Shown here: one piece after another, positions 17,984 to 28,037 of the stretch | How the letters are laid out: every line of letters begins with the position of its first letter | Position numbering within the stretch: the stretch's first letter is position 1 | Virus record (IMG/VR): IMGVR_UViG_3300037067_005627 | Length of the DNA stretch: 64,000 bases | Strand: one strand, 5' to 3' | Source: an uncultured virus (IMG/VR IMGVR_UViG_3300037067_005627) | Taxonomy: Duplodnaviria; Heunggongvirae; Uroviricota; Caudoviricetes | The notes under the pieces: model-generated | Databases searched by the model: none | Told to the model about the DNA's origin: nothing | What the model saw: the letters and a program-made list of their open reading frames with translations, nothing else | Position numbers and translations under genes: made by a program

Positions 17984-20724
17984 TATTCGTCCTCCCTTAG
18001 CAATTTGAATTGGTATCCCCAACCTAACGGCTGGAATCCTTTACGACTAGATGTAGTCGCCGTAAACTTTAATTGATGTAGCCATGACTTACGATTCAAA
18101 GATTTGGTAAATCTAATCGTGCTATCACTGTTCGTTCCATAAAGGGAACTGGAAAAGATAGATGTACCACTTGCGTAGTCTTCATCATAGTGGACAACAT
18201 TAACGCTTGTGTTTTCTTCTATTGGGCGGTACATCAGTTTGAATCGGCGAAGTAAAGTTTGTTGCCACGCATTTTCGTCAAGAAAGAATTTGCCTGTCTC
18301 AACTACCTGAGTGATTGAAACGCCACTCCAATCATATCCGTTCTCAAGTCTTGCGAGATACCCTGAATCTAAGCCTGCATAAATATAAGGGGCACCATCA
18401 GTTGCAGTTACCTCTATAGCGCACTGAGGCATATCAGCGGGGCCAGTGTCTTTTTCAAACCATTTACGCCTCATCAAATCATAAACAAACCAGTATTCAC
18501 CTACCCTAAGATTCCACTCTTTGTTTGCTTGATCCTTCCAAGCAAAAGCGTTTTGGATTGCATTAGAGCCTACATACAAACTGTGGCCAGGGTCAAAGAA
18601 AGGTTCAATCCCTTTGACCGGAACCATCGTGGAGCCGTCAAACATGAATGGGCCAGTAGCGGATAGCCATATAACAACATTCCTTAACAATTCGTCAGAC
18701 ACTAATTCATAAGCCATTTCAACTGTTGTTATCGTTGAAGGCGCAGGACATCCGATAGAAGAAGACACCCTAAATATGCTCTTTGCGTACTCAAGAGCTG
18801 TAGAACCTTTCATCACATAAGTCTCGTTGTTCTTGAAGAAGAGCAAAACAGAGTACATCTCTGCGCCATATCTATTAAAGAGGGATGCAGCGCCGGTGAG
18901 TTCTTTGTCTTCCCCTATGTAAAGGGACTGCCTTCCGTCATCACTAGTATCACTCCCGTTCCATACATCAGGCGCATACGTCTTGCTAAAATCAACCCTA
19001 CTTGATTGGTTGCCTTTAAGATAACCACACAAGAACACCCTGTTATCATAGAACACAGGGAACTTAAAATTGCCAAGAACTATTGGAGCTGGGATACCAA
19101 AGATCGTATCTATTACTATGGCATCATCTGCCGCCCCTGCCCATCCGATAGTTCCCCCTACTTCAAATTTATAAGTATATCCATAAACGCCAAAAGATTC
19201 TTTTGCAAACTCACTAGCCCCACTAGGAGGAGCCCAAGAAATAACCCCTGTCTGAAAGAATGGGGTTATGCCAGCCGCAGCCGTTCCGTCATAGAAAGTG
19301 GCAGGGATAGTCCATGTTGTGCCTGACCAATAATAAGGAGTTACGCCCTGAGTAAACGCATTTGTATTCCCCGATAGCATATCAAACTTGACTGCGTGTT
19401 GTTTCTCAGTAAAAACGGTAGTAATATAATCCCCGGCAACCAATCCCCCTATCTCTGCGCCTATTGGATACAGTTCTGAACTACGCTCATTCACTTCCAG
19501 GGTAAAATCTTTCAACACCCCTTTGCGAGAGACTTGAGCAGATAGGCAAGTTCTAGGCGTACCATCCCAAATATCAACAATGCTTTGCCATGGAATATCA
19601 AGGGATACATTGTAAACTTTTGCCGATCCCTCAACACGGAATAAGTACCAATACAAAACCATGCCTTCAATATATTTGGTCTTAGAAGTTCCAACAGTTG
19701 AAGGGAAACTAACCTTGCCATTAATAGTCAGCCCGCCCGTTCCGTCCGTTGTAACAACATCAGCCCAAGTTGTCCCATTCCATTCTTGACAATACACTTT
19801 CTTCCCTGCCGAAGAGTTCGCTGTCGCAACAAGATAAGTTACGCCAGAGATAGGGCGAGAAGAACCAACGAGCCAATAAACTGTGCTTCCACTACCGCTA
19901 ATGTTAGCTATATTGTCTGCATCGCTGTATTCGTTGTTTACTTGTTCTGTATAATCTTTGCCATCAATAACATATTCCGTGACATTGCTAGAAGTAACAA
20001 TGAACGCAGCCGCTTTAGCGTAGTCGCCTGCCCATATTTTTGTCTCTACCCCATTGCAATAAACAACTTGCCCACCAGGAGCAGGCGAAAACTGAGATCG
20101 CAACGTATCAACCGAAAGGATGGTTGAAGAAGTTGATACATTTGCCCAGGCAGTTCTCGTTATCCCTGACGATGTGGCGTCAACAAAAGCTGTTTTGGTT
20201 CCTATCCCCCACCCTGTCTTCTGCCCATAATCCCCTGTGATAGTCGAGTACGAAACATCGCTGTGAAGGGGGGTAGATTCAAAATTGCCTATATTTGGGA
20301 TAGTTGTCTTGTTCTGAAAAACTTTCGAAAACTGCAAACCAGAATCATAAACTTGGGCTAGAACATGGGATTCTGTCGGATAGTCTTTTTTGAAATGAAA
20401 ACCACCACGAGCCTTAAAGTTGTTAGAATTTATAATAGCGGAAGTAGCCTTTGTATATCCGCCTATCCCTTCAAGGCCAGTATCGGTAGGGCGCATATTT
20501 TGAAGGGTCTTAAAATTCCTGGCTCCAATTAGTGATGCGTCAATTCCAGGTTTCCAAACGCCGTCAAAGGAGAGAAAGACATTCACCATGCCTTCGCCGA
20601 ACTCAGATTTAGAGGCGTTTGCAAATGGAGAAGGGGGTTCTGCCTTCCCACGTGATTGCGAGGAAGCAGGAGAGGTAGTTGCGATTATGATAAAGGCAAT
20701 TAAATAATAAAGCAAACGCTTCAT
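17983..20724 (-). CDS. Tail nozzle/stabilisation protein (P22 gp10/T7 gp12-like) with N-terminal signal peptide
   Basis: Beta-rich 913 aa with RVDFS..PDVW, IGCPAPSTI, WLSATGPFMFDG and YAGLDSGYL; directly precedes the ejection genes. Confidence 0.7.
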   Translation of the reverse strand: MKRLLYYLIAFIIIATTSPASSQSRGKAEPPSPFANASKSEFGEGMVNVFLSFDGVWKPGIDASLIGARNFKTLQNMRPTDTGLEGIGGYTKATSAIINSNNFKARGGFHFKKDYPTESHVLAQVYDSGLQFSKVFQNKTTIPNIGNFESTPLHSDVSYSTITGDYGQKTGWGIGTKTAFVDATSSGITRTAWANVSTSSTILSVDTLRSQFSPAPGGQVVYCNGVETKIWAGDYAKAAAFIVTSSNVTEYVIDGKDYTEQVNNEYSDADNIANISGSGSTVYWLVGSSRPISGVTYLVATANSSAGKKVYCQEWNGTTWADVVTTDGTGGLTINGKVSFPSTVGTSKTKYIEGMVLYWYLFRVEGSAKVYNVSLDIPWQSIVDIWDGTPRTCLSAQVSRKGVLKDFTLEVNERSSELYPIGAEIGGLVAGDYITTVFTEKQHAVKFDMLSGNTNAFTQGVTPYYWSGTTWTIPATFYDGTAAAGITPFFQTGVISWAPPSGASEFAKESFGVYGYTYKFEVGGTIGWAGAADDAIVIDTIFGIPAPIVLGNFKFPVFYDNRVFLCGYLKGNQSSRVDFSKTYAPDVWNGSDTSDDGRQSLYIGEDKELTGAASLFNRYGAEMYSVLLFFKNNETYVMKGSTALEYAKSIFRVSSSIGCPAPSTITTVEMAYELVSDELLRNVVIWLSATGPFMFDGSTMVPVKGIEPFFDPGHSLYVGSNAIQNAFAWKDQANKEWNLRVGEYWFVYDLMRRKWFEKDTGPADMPQCAIEVTATDGAPYIYAGLDSGYLARLENGYDWSGVSITQVVETGKFFLDENAWQQTLLRRFKLMYRPIEENTSVNVVHYDEDYASGTSIFSSSLYGTNSDSTIRFTKSLNRKSWLHQLKFTATTSSRKGFQPLGWGYQFKLLREDE

Positions 20725-21104
20725 GGGGTCACTCCTGATTCAGCTTCTTTCTCACTAATTCCAAAAACTAACTTCTTGATCACTTTTGCTTCTTCTTTAG
20801 TTAGTTTCTTCCCTTGAGATTCAAGAACAGTCGAAGGACTATCAACTACCAAAAGAAAAGTAATCCCCTTTTCATGCCACTCTTTAATCTTTGTCTTGGT
20901 ATAATCAGGATAAAATTTGCCGCCCCCAAAAAATTCATCAACCCCCTTGCGATTTAATCGCCCCTCAATGCTCTGTAAAACTTCGCCATTCCTATTGGTA
21001 TAAGGGCGTTCTCCAAGAGTGAATTGAATATATGTGTCCTCTGCCCAAACTGTTGAGACCAGAAGCAACCCGCCAATTATCATGCCCCATATGTTTTTTT
21101 TCAT
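20721..21104 (-). CDS. Signal-peptide-bearing hypothetical tail-region protein
   Basis: MKKNIWGMIIGGLLLVSTVWA-ED. Confidence 0.7.
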   Translation of the reverse strand: MKKNIWGMIIGGLLLVSTVWAEDTYIQFTLGERPYTNRNGEVLQSIEGRLNRKGVDEFFGGGKFYPDYTKTKIKEWHEKGITFLLVVDSPSTVLESQGKKLTKEEAKVIKKLVFGISEKEAESGVTP

Positions 21105-21113
21105 AGACGACCC

Positions 21114-21929
21114 TCACGATCCATTATCAATCAAACACGTCTTGGAGGCTACTATGCCATACATCCTCACATTGCCGCCCGTGATGCCGCCATCCCCCCA
21201 TACGTGTCGATATGAGCCAGTAGACATGTTAGCGAAACTGATAGCCCGGGGGAACGTGAGTAAACTGCCAGCCGCAAAATCGCTCTTTTTGGTGGGTATT
21301 TCGCCACTGGTGAATCCCCCATAGGTATTTACGCCATCACACCACACGGCTATAAACGTATCGGTGCTGCCATCTCCCGACATGGTATTAGCGGTGTATT
21401 GCTCACTGCTCGCTCCGCCGGCATCATCCAGGGTTACGTACAAGACTCCGGTGGGATCGGTCTGGATATAGAAATACAGATCGGTATCATTCGCCGCAAA
21501 TTGATAGCTCCATGCCCCGAACCCCATGTACCGTTGTTTCAGAATCAGCGTCCACGCCGATTTGCCTCCAAACAGGCCGTTAAACCATGTGTCAGTAAAC
21601 TCAAATCCATCGTTCGTGTTGTCATTTAGCCGATAGAAATATGTGCCATCAGATTGGGCTGCTGCAACAGCACCGATCTGCAACAGCACCAAATCAACGC
21701 CGCTTAAAACGCCCTGGCCTATCTCATTGGCTGAGTCGGAACCGGTGAAAAGAGCTATATAGGTATTAGCATCCCCCCAGCCTGATTCTGTGATCTGATC
21801 CCACGTGGCTAAGGATGTGTTAATACCGCCTGCGCCTCCCCCGCCACTTATAAAAATATGGGTGGCAGTATTGGCAACTCCTACCAATAAAAAAATACTC
21901 GCTATTAAGGGAAAGAGAAGCTTTCTCAT
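21114..21929 (-). CDS. Signal-peptide-bearing beta-sandwich (LamG/ConA-like) protein, candidate receptor-binding protein
   Basis: MRKLLFPLIASIFLLVGVANTA; aromatic beta-rich body with TFIAVWCDG. Confidence 0.6.
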   Translation of the reverse strand: MRKLLFPLIASIFLLVGVANTATHIFISGGGGAGGINTSLATWDQITESGWGDANTYIALFTGSDSANEIGQGVLSGVDLVLLQIGAVAAAQSDGTYFYRLNDNTNDGFEFTDTWFNGLFGGKSAWTLILKQRYMGFGAWSYQFAANDTDLYFYIQTDPTGVLYVTLDDAGGASSEQYTANTMSGDGSTDTFIAVWCDGVNTYGGFTSGEIPTKKSDFAAGSLLTFPRAISFANMSTGSYRHVWGDGGITGGNVRMYGIVASKTCLIDNGS

Positions 21930-22720
21930 TTCTTATTCCCCTCCAGATAGCCCTCAAAAATAAGATGTATCCAACTAGGCGTTTTTATCCCGAAGTCCAT
22001 AAGAACAGTACGCCTTGGCGGAATTGTTGTCGTTCCTGCCAAGAAGGTTTTATAGTATGTCCCTGTCCCGGTCGTGTCAATACTCAAATAATTGAATATC
22101 GTTGACCCTGATCCATATTGCGTGTTATATTCGGACACACTAGACACTATTCCCTCAATGGTAACTCCTGATTCAGATGCAAAGATTGTAGCCCCTGTAA
22201 TATAAAGGGTTGTGCCCCCATTTGTAAACAAAGGCATACTGTTCTTTGCCGTCTGGCTTCCAGGGCTTAGGATCGTTATATCAACGCCATAAGTTGATTC
22301 TATAGATCGAGTATTGGTACCATCGCCAATAGCTAAAGACTTAGAGGGGGAATGGTAAGCTATTTGCCCATCCCTAGTCGGGGCAATACTCATAGGGGCA
22401 AGTTGAAACCCACTCGCAAAAATCGTAGCCAACTCCCATCGACTTACCGCAGCCCCGACATCATCAGGAGTAATCAGGTATGGAGAGCTTTCCGTACCCC
22501 CATTCAAAGTGACACGATGGATATATATGGAAGCCCCTGACATTGTAATCGCAGTATCATACGGCCCCATACTTACCCCTGACACAACAACATCAAGAGC
22601 GCCGACGCCTCCACCAGTCAAACTGGTGGCATACCATACTCGTCTAGTGTCGTCTGCTATTGCAACAGACGCACTAAAGAAAACAATTAATGCAAAAAGT
22701 AACGCTTTGATCTTCATCAC
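21926..22720 (-). CDS. Signal-peptide-bearing tail fibre/appendage-like protein
   Basis: MKIKALLFALIVFFSASVAIA-DD; ESSPYLITPD...RW and APTRDGQIAY...LAIGDG fibre-like motifs. Confidence 0.6.
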   Translation of the reverse strand: MMKIKALLFALIVFFSASVAIADDTRRVWYATSLTGGGVGALDVVVSGVSMGPYDTAITMSGASIYIHRVTLNGGTESSPYLITPDDVGAAVSRWELATIFASGFQLAPMSIAPTRDGQIAYHSPSKSLAIGDGTNTRSIESTYGVDITILSPGSQTAKNSMPLFTNGGTTLYITGATIFASESGVTIEGIVSSVSEYNTQYGSGSTIFNYLSIDTTGTGTYYKTFLAGTTTIPPRRTVLMDFGIKTPSWIHLIFEGYLEGNKK

Positions 22721-23439
22721 TTAGCCCCCTCTGTTGAAACCGTTGGGCTCAAATCCCGATGGAGTATAATCCTCTTGTTCTCAGCCATAAGATTGTTGAA
22801 CAGTTTGAGGTAATATGTCGCCTTCTCTTCCGACCTTTCCCTGAAATACGCCTTCGCCTTAACGTAATAAATAATAGCTGTATCGAGATAAGCAGGGATA
22901 GTTACAAGCGAAGATGCTGTTGACACAGCCGGATGCGTACCTATCAGGGAAGCAATCAGTGTCGTCCCTGATATAGCACTGTTAGGTGTAGGAAAAACGA
23001 AAATCTTATTTTGCCATTCCCACCACAACTTTGGTCTTGGCTCTTGAACAGGAACATTTATCCCTGGAACAAACCTCGCCAGAAAGTAATTCCGAGTAGG
23101 GCTGTCAGTTACCCCTGAATCATATATGACATGATTAATGTCATAATGTGTAGTGGAGACAGCATAAGACATAGCACCAGTGACTAACGTGATCTCTTCA
23201 GTCTCTTCCATGCAGCCAGTCAAGGAAGCGATAGTTTGACAAGCTTCGTTAATCCACTGAACGAAATCGCTGTCATTATAAAACGAATCTTCACTGACAT
23301 CAGCATTAAGGTCTGCCCTAACCCTATCAATAAAGATTTGGGCAGATAACCCTGAAGAGGTCGTGGAACCTGCGAGACATATCCCTACGCACCAAAAGAG
23401 GATAACAATGCTTATACAAAACTGACGAAGGACTTTCAT
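22717..23439 (-). CDS. Head-tail adaptor-like (ring) protein with N-terminal signal peptide
   Basis: IDRVRADL...FVQWINEA, ITLVTG..SYA, IFVFPTP and IPAYLDTAIIYYVKAKAY adaptor pattern; preceded by MKVLRQFCISIVILFWCVGICLA. Confidence 0.7.
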   Translation of the reverse strand: MKVLRQFCISIVILFWCVGICLAGSTTSSGLSAQIFIDRVRADLNADVSEDSFYNDSDFVQWINEACQTIASLTGCMEETEEITLVTGAMSYAVSTTHYDINHVIYDSGVTDSPTRNYFLARFVPGINVPVQEPRPKLWWEWQNKIFVFPTPNSAISGTTLIASLIGTHPAVSTASSLVTIPAYLDTAIIYYVKAKAYFRERSEEKATYYLKLFNNLMAENKRIILHRDLSPTVSTEGAK

Positions 23440-24425
23440 AAAACCTCCATTAATGGGCTAGGAATAGGGGCATCCATCCTTGACCTTTTGCCAGCGATCG
23501 CCTTATTGACGAAATCATCAAAGATAAGATAAAGGCGATCAGAAGTTAATGCCGCAGTGTTGACATCCCCTTGTTGAGCCTGGACATTTCTAACCTTCAT
23601 CCACCAAACAGCGTAAATGGCAATAGCCATTACATGGGAAGGGTCGGGGAACCCCCACATCCCTATAGGGCTAAACACAGGTGGGGGAAAACAGAAATAG
23701 TCTAACTTGATGGTATCGCCGCTTGTAGAAGTTGCATACTTGAACCGAAGTTTAAACTTTGCTGAAGACTGAATGGCGAATGTATCCCCATTAGCCCACG
23801 CTTGCGCTACCGTATCCTGAAATATCGCTGTCTTCAGGATAGTATCACTTGTCCTATCAAGAACGATTCCCCTATGGTCTTTCCCATTTGTCGTATTCCT
23901 AACCCTATAGCGCGGATACACAAGATCACTGCCGCCAGTAAAAGTGGCAGACAAATCAGTTAGATTGCTCTCCCCATTGGAAAGAGTACCATCCGCATCA
24001 GCAGCGCCAGTAATCTCTAAAGGGGATATGGGGTTTTCAACGATGTCAAATCCGCTAGGAATCTCTTCTTCTTCGGCAGTATCGTAATCCCAAAAACCAT
24101 CATAGGGCTCACGATATATCTTCTCGCCTTGCGTTTCCCCTGATTGGGTATAAAGCAAGACATCCGTTCTGCCATCCCTTGCCTTCCTAGCAATCCGAAT
24201 AAAATCAGGGGGGCATTCATAATCTCTTTGCCCATCCACGGAAGTTATGCTTTCTTCATTTCGCAGAAGCAAAGTTTGCTTTGCGAATTCACACGCCCCA
24301 ATATCCCCTAATTCATAAGCCTGATAATCGTTTTTAATAGTGGCATCAGATGATACCGCCCCCATTTGGGCCTTCTCTTGTTTTAGGAGAAGGTCAACAT
24401 AATCCAAGAAGAGTTGGCCGTCCAT
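23436..24425 (-). CDS. Head-tail adaptor-like protein without signal peptide, with an inserted beta domain
   Basis: ITSVDGQRDYECPPDF, KLDYF and HVMAIAIYA adaptor pattern; position after the capsid genes. Confidence 0.6.
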   Translation of the reverse strand: MDGQLFLDYVDLLLKQEKAQMGAVSSDATIKNDYQAYELGDIGACEFAKQTLLLRNEESITSVDGQRDYECPPDFIRIARKARDGRTDVLLYTQSGETQGEKIYREPYDGFWDYDTAEEEEIPSGFDIVENPISPLEITGAADADGTLSNGESNLTDLSATFTGGSDLVYPRYRVRNTTNGKDHRGIVLDRTSDTILKTAIFQDTVAQAWANGDTFAIQSSAKFKLRFKYATSTSGDTIKLDYFCFPPPVFSPIGMWGFPDPSHVMAIAIYAVWWMKVRNVQAQQGDVNTAALTSDRLYLIFDDFVNKAIAGKRSRMDAPIPSPLMEVL

Positions 24426-24998
24426 CTATCCCTCCATTGCGTCAGTAAATTCTGCCCCCTCTTCCATACTCGCTTCTGTTATCCCTGTATCGCTACCACC
24501 ATCCTTCTCAGAAATCCAGAAGCCCTCGACTGTGCTTACGACTTCTAAGGTATCAGGGTCAAGTTTGCGTGCCTTAGCAAGCCTCGGAATTTGAGACTTC
24601 GCCACAATCTCAGTTGGGAACGGCATCCCGTCATTCCTGCCATAGAGTTGTTTGCTCTTCTGTTCCTCTATAGCCTTCTGAACAAATTTCTTCCGCTCCA
24701 TCTTCCTCTTCAGATTCTCTTTCAAGGCTTCCGCAACGAGAGGGGAAGGTTTGATAGGCACATTGTGCGACTTCACCTTCTTGACATCCCAAGGGGCGTC
24801 AACGCCATTGACAACAACAAAAATGCTAGGGCAACGAGCTGCCGCCTTAGCCGCTTCCTGAATAGGGAGTTCCACCGTAAAGTTATTTACCTTGTTAAAG
24901 ATTGGTCTGCCATCAATCCATGAAACTTGCTTTGAATCTTTCGGGCCAATGTATCTCAGAGCCTTTACTTGAATGCTTTCCTTTTTTTCTGATGCCAT
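24426..24998 (-). CDS. Hypothetical head-region protein
   Basis: GGAGG RBS; in the structural operon. Confidence 0.7.
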   Translation of the reverse strand: MASEKKESIQVKALRYIGPKDSKQVSWIDGRPIFNKVNNFTVELPIQEAAKAAARCPSIFVVVNGVDAPWDVKKVKSHNVPIKPSPLVAEALKENLKRKMERKKFVQKAIEEQKSKQLYGRNDGMPFPTEIVAKSQIPRLAKARKLDPDTLEVVSTVEGFWISEKDGGSDTGITEASMEEGAEFTDAMEG

Positions 24999-25017
24999 AC
25001 ATCCTCCGTCATAGTAT

Positions 25018-25038
25018 GGGGTGGGCTAAGCCCACCCC
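25018..25038 (-). terminator. GC-rich hairpin after the decoration gene (terminator or stabiliser)
   Basis: GGGGTGGGCT-A-AGCCCACCCC; no clear U tract. Confidence 0.45.
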
Positions 25039-25069
25039 CCGTTTATATGCCGATGAAAATTATTAAGGA

Positions 25070-25525
25070 TTAATAATCAGAGAATCCCCCACGAACATCA
25101 TACATCACGCACACATCAAGGGTAAATGTCGCCCCAATGGCGCCAGACGGAATGACATCAATGGTATCAGCCGCACTGGAATATACTTTGCCAGGCTGAT
25201 AATTGTTCGGGCCTTCATCAATTTCGGCACCATTTGCAACACCACCGAAAAGGCTCATTTGGCCTGCATTGGTAAGATCAAGAGCGCTATACCAGCCGGT
25301 TGTGTCATTGCCATCACCTACCCCGATAGTAATAGCGAGAGCCGACCACGAAATAAGTATATCAATAATCCTAGCATTCTTGGGAATCTGTACCATTTGC
25401 ATAACTTCGGCAGCCGCCACCGCCCCGTCATCTGCGTAGGTAAAATGTCCCCAAGCGCATTGAACCTGCCCATTTGCCCTATCAGGGGCAATACCAGATA
25501 TTACCTGTTCGGATCTAACGGTCAT
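25070..25525 (-). CDS. Probable capsid decoration/cement protein
   Basis: Directly after the capsid gene; IPKNARIIDI and IGVGDG pattern; GGAGGT RBS before MTVRS. Confidence 0.65.
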   Translation of the reverse strand: MTVRSEQVISGIAPDRANGQVQCAWGHFTYADDGAVAAAEVMQMVQIPKNARIIDILISWSALAITIGVGDGNDTTGWYSALDLTNAGQMSLFGGVANGAEIDEGPNNYQPGKVYSSAADTIDVIPSGAIGATFTLDVCVMYDVRGGFSDY

Positions 25526-25557
25526 ATCAAACCTCCACCATAACAAAAGTTAATAAG

Positions 25558-25583
25558 TAGGGCTATGAATATTCATAGCCCTA
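25558..25583. repeat. Perfect 26-bp palindrome after the major capsid gene
   Basis: TAGGGCTATGAAT/ATTCATAGCCCTA. Confidence 0.9.
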
Positions 25584-25591
25584 TGTAACGA

Positions 25592-26695
25592 TTACGAGTT
25601 CGGGTCTTTGCAATAGGTATCAAATCCGAACATTCCAAAACGCTTGGAGTTAAAGATAGTTGCCTTGATTCCGTAAATGGAATTTGTGGTTATAGCGATC
25701 TGATTCCCTCGGTCATCGGTCTCTTCATTCCAGCCAAAACGACCAGCTCCGCCAACTCCCGAAGGGGCTCCGGTTCCAGCCCATGCGACAGTCAGGGCCT
25801 GTGCGCCAAGGAACAGGGCTCTTGCGCCGGGAAGGTTATCACTATCGCCATAGGTCTCCTGTCTCGGAATGTACCGATGTTTGTGCAGGATGACGTTTGC
25901 ATACTCGCCAAGAGCGTTCTGGTAAAGTTTGTTCCCCTTTCCACGCTCTCCAGCGAACTTCGTAATGTCCTGCCAATCCCCGGTAGAGGTATTCACCCTC
26001 ATCTGATGCTGTTGCCATGTGTGCATCAGCATAATGTGCTTATTCTCCCCGCCGACATTGAAAGGCTGAATCATCGGGTCGCTCGTTTCTGCCTTGGAAA
26101 TACACTTCTCTATAGCGACCAAATCCATAATGTCGGCCTCATCAATCGCGCCTGCTGATGTGGCGTCACCGGCGAAAAGGAGATGCGAAGTATCGCAATC
26201 AGTAAGGGTATTTGACGCCCTTCCCGTCCAGCTGAGACCGAAATGGAGAGCGGTGTCTATCCCCCGAATACCGGCAGCATATATGAACATCTGCTGATCG
26301 AGGTCTTCAGCCCACCAGGTAACAAGAGCATCCCGGCTTTCCTTCCGAAGATTGTAAGCAACCCTCTGTTCAGACATTTTGCCGCCGACCTTCGTTCCCT
26401 TCCTACGCTGATCAACGTAAACGTAATCGCTGTAGAAAGAGAGGGGTTCTTCGGCCAATGTCCCTTCGATCTGAGTATCCCCTTCAGTTCCATCTCCTGC
26501 CAACTTCATGCGAAGGCCGTAGGTGATTTTATCGCCTTTGGTCTTGGTAAGGTCTTTCAGCACCCTTACCATGTTATCGAAACCTTCGCCCATGAACTTG
26601 AACATGTACTGCGCAACAGCTGCTTCTACAGCAAGACTGTCTGCCCACTTGTGTTGAGTCAACGCATCATCATACGCAAACGTAGTCGCACCCAT
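25592..26695 (-). CDS. Major capsid protein, N4-gp56 (DUF4043) family
   Basis: DLTKTKGDKITYGL..KLAG.G..G...EG..E, DQRR, LRKESRDALVTW, RALFLGAQAL and EETDD.GN motifs. Confidence 0.9.
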   Translation of the reverse strand: MGATTFAYDDALTQHKWADSLAVEAAVAQYMFKFMGEGFDNMVRVLKDLTKTKGDKITYGLRMKLAGDGTEGDTQIEGTLAEEPLSFYSDYVYVDQRRKGTKVGGKMSEQRVAYNLRKESRDALVTWWAEDLDQQMFIYAAGIRGIDTALHFGLSWTGRASNTLTDCDTSHLLFAGDATSAGAIDEADIMDLVAIEKCISKAETSDPMIQPFNVGGENKHIMLMHTWQQHQMRVNTSTGDWQDITKFAGERGKGNKLYQNALGEYANVILHKHRYIPRQETYGDSDNLPGARALFLGAQALTVAWAGTGAPSGVGGAGRFGWNEETDDRGNQIAITTNSIYGIKATIFNSKRFGMFGFDTYCKDPNS

Positions 26696-26722
26696 ATTCC
26701 CTGCCTCCTACATGCCTAAGTG

Positions 26723-27940
26723 TCAGCTCATGAGGTATTTTTCTTTTTCCTTTGCCGACATACCGAAATACTCACTTTCGCTCAATCGCTTACCGGCAAA
26801 GATAGAATCGTCCTCCTGTTTGCTTTCACCTGGCAAATCCATAATTGATTTGAAATCACTGCCCTTCTTGCCCACCTTGGCAAGTACCTCGGTAGTGACA
26901 GCCTTCGTAATTTCTTCCTTCCACTTTGATTCGTTCTTAGACAAAATCTGCTTCTCCATTTCTTCGGTTACTGTTGGGGAAGCAATCCTGTCATACATTT
27001 TCTTCAAAAACAGGACTAAGTAAGCGGCATCATCCCCCATGTGTTTGGGTTCCCCCTTAGCCCCAAGGATCACTGTGCCAGGATTAGTTATCAACGGCAA
27101 CAGTCCTCTAGGGATACCATTCTCCCTAGCAAACAAAGTCAACTTCTGGTTGATCTCGTTGCCTTCCGTATCCGTAATTCCAGGGACAAGTTCTTCCATG
27201 AGTTCAAGCCCCCCTGCCACAATATCCTTTACTACAAGATCATCTTCTTCTTCCACTTTGGGAGATTCGGCGTCCTTCTTCCCAGGCTTCTGTTTGGCTG
27301 ATTTAAGAATTGAAGGCAACTCCTTTAGGAGTTTAAGCATCTTCGTTTGAGTCTCAAGAGGATCAGGGTCTGCCGCGTCTTCGTCTTCCTTAATCAAGTT
27401 TTCCAACTTCCTTTCAAAAGACGTAACTCTATCTTCCCCCTTTTCCTCATCAACCTCGGATGCCTTTTCAGAAGACTTAGAGGCGGCCTTTTTGAGATTA
27501 GCAACCTCTTGCTTTAGGGAAACAACTTCAGTCCTAAGTTCCCGCCTGGCCTTCCTCTCTTCTAATAGGGCAGAAGTAGGGACATACCCAGGAGGAACCT
27601 CGATCTTCTTGCTTTCCTCCGCTTTTTCTTCCTTACTTTCTTCAGCCTTCTCTTCTTTTTTATCACCTTCAGGAAGAGCTTTTTCTTCAGTCTTCTTCTC
27701 GACCGCCTTCTCTTCCTTCTTGCTTTCCTCGGCCTTTTCTTCAGCCTTCTCTTCCGACTTCACCCCGCTCAGTTCATCAAGTGATGGAGGAGCTTCGTCC
27801 GAAAATAAGCCTCCGATACTATTCGAGTTTTCTTTTGACTCGGCATCATCCCCTTTATCAAAAGAAATACTGCCATCAGGAAGTTTCTTCTCCGAAGTTT
27901 CTACCGCCTTAGTCTCTGTTTGTTTTGCTTCTTCTGTCAT
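26723..27940 (-). CDS. Scaffold protein
   Basis: E/K-rich with VP..AL.EERK.R coiled coil; directly upstream of the capsid gene; AGGAG RBS at MTEEAK. Confidence 0.8.
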   Translation of the reverse strand: MTEEAKQTETKAVETSEKKLPDGSISFDKGDDAESKENSNSIGGLFSDEAPPSLDELSGVKSEEKAEEKAEESKKEEKAVEKKTEEKALPEGDKKEEKAEESKEEKAEESKKIEVPPGYVPTSALLEERKARRELRTEVVSLKQEVANLKKAASKSSEKASEVDEEKGEDRVTSFERKLENLIKEDEDAADPDPLETQTKMLKLLKELPSILKSAKQKPGKKDAESPKVEEEDDLVVKDIVAGGLELMEELVPGITDTEGNEINQKLTLFARENGIPRGLLPLITNPGTVILGAKGEPKHMGDDAAYLVLFLKKMYDRIASPTVTEEMEKQILSKNESKWKEEITKAVTTEVLAKVGKKGSDFKSIMDLPGESKQEDDSIFAGKRLSESEYFGMSAKEKEKYLMS

Positions 27941-28037
27941 GTTAATTCTCCTTTTCTTGATTGTCAGCCCGAAAAGGGACAGGCTGCACATCTGATACGG
28001 TCAGATGAACCGAAACGCTATTAACGGGTGCGACCCG

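Noticed and set aside
21114..21929. Diversity-generating retroelement target
   Set aside because: No reverse transcriptase and no TR/VR repeat pair were seen in the window
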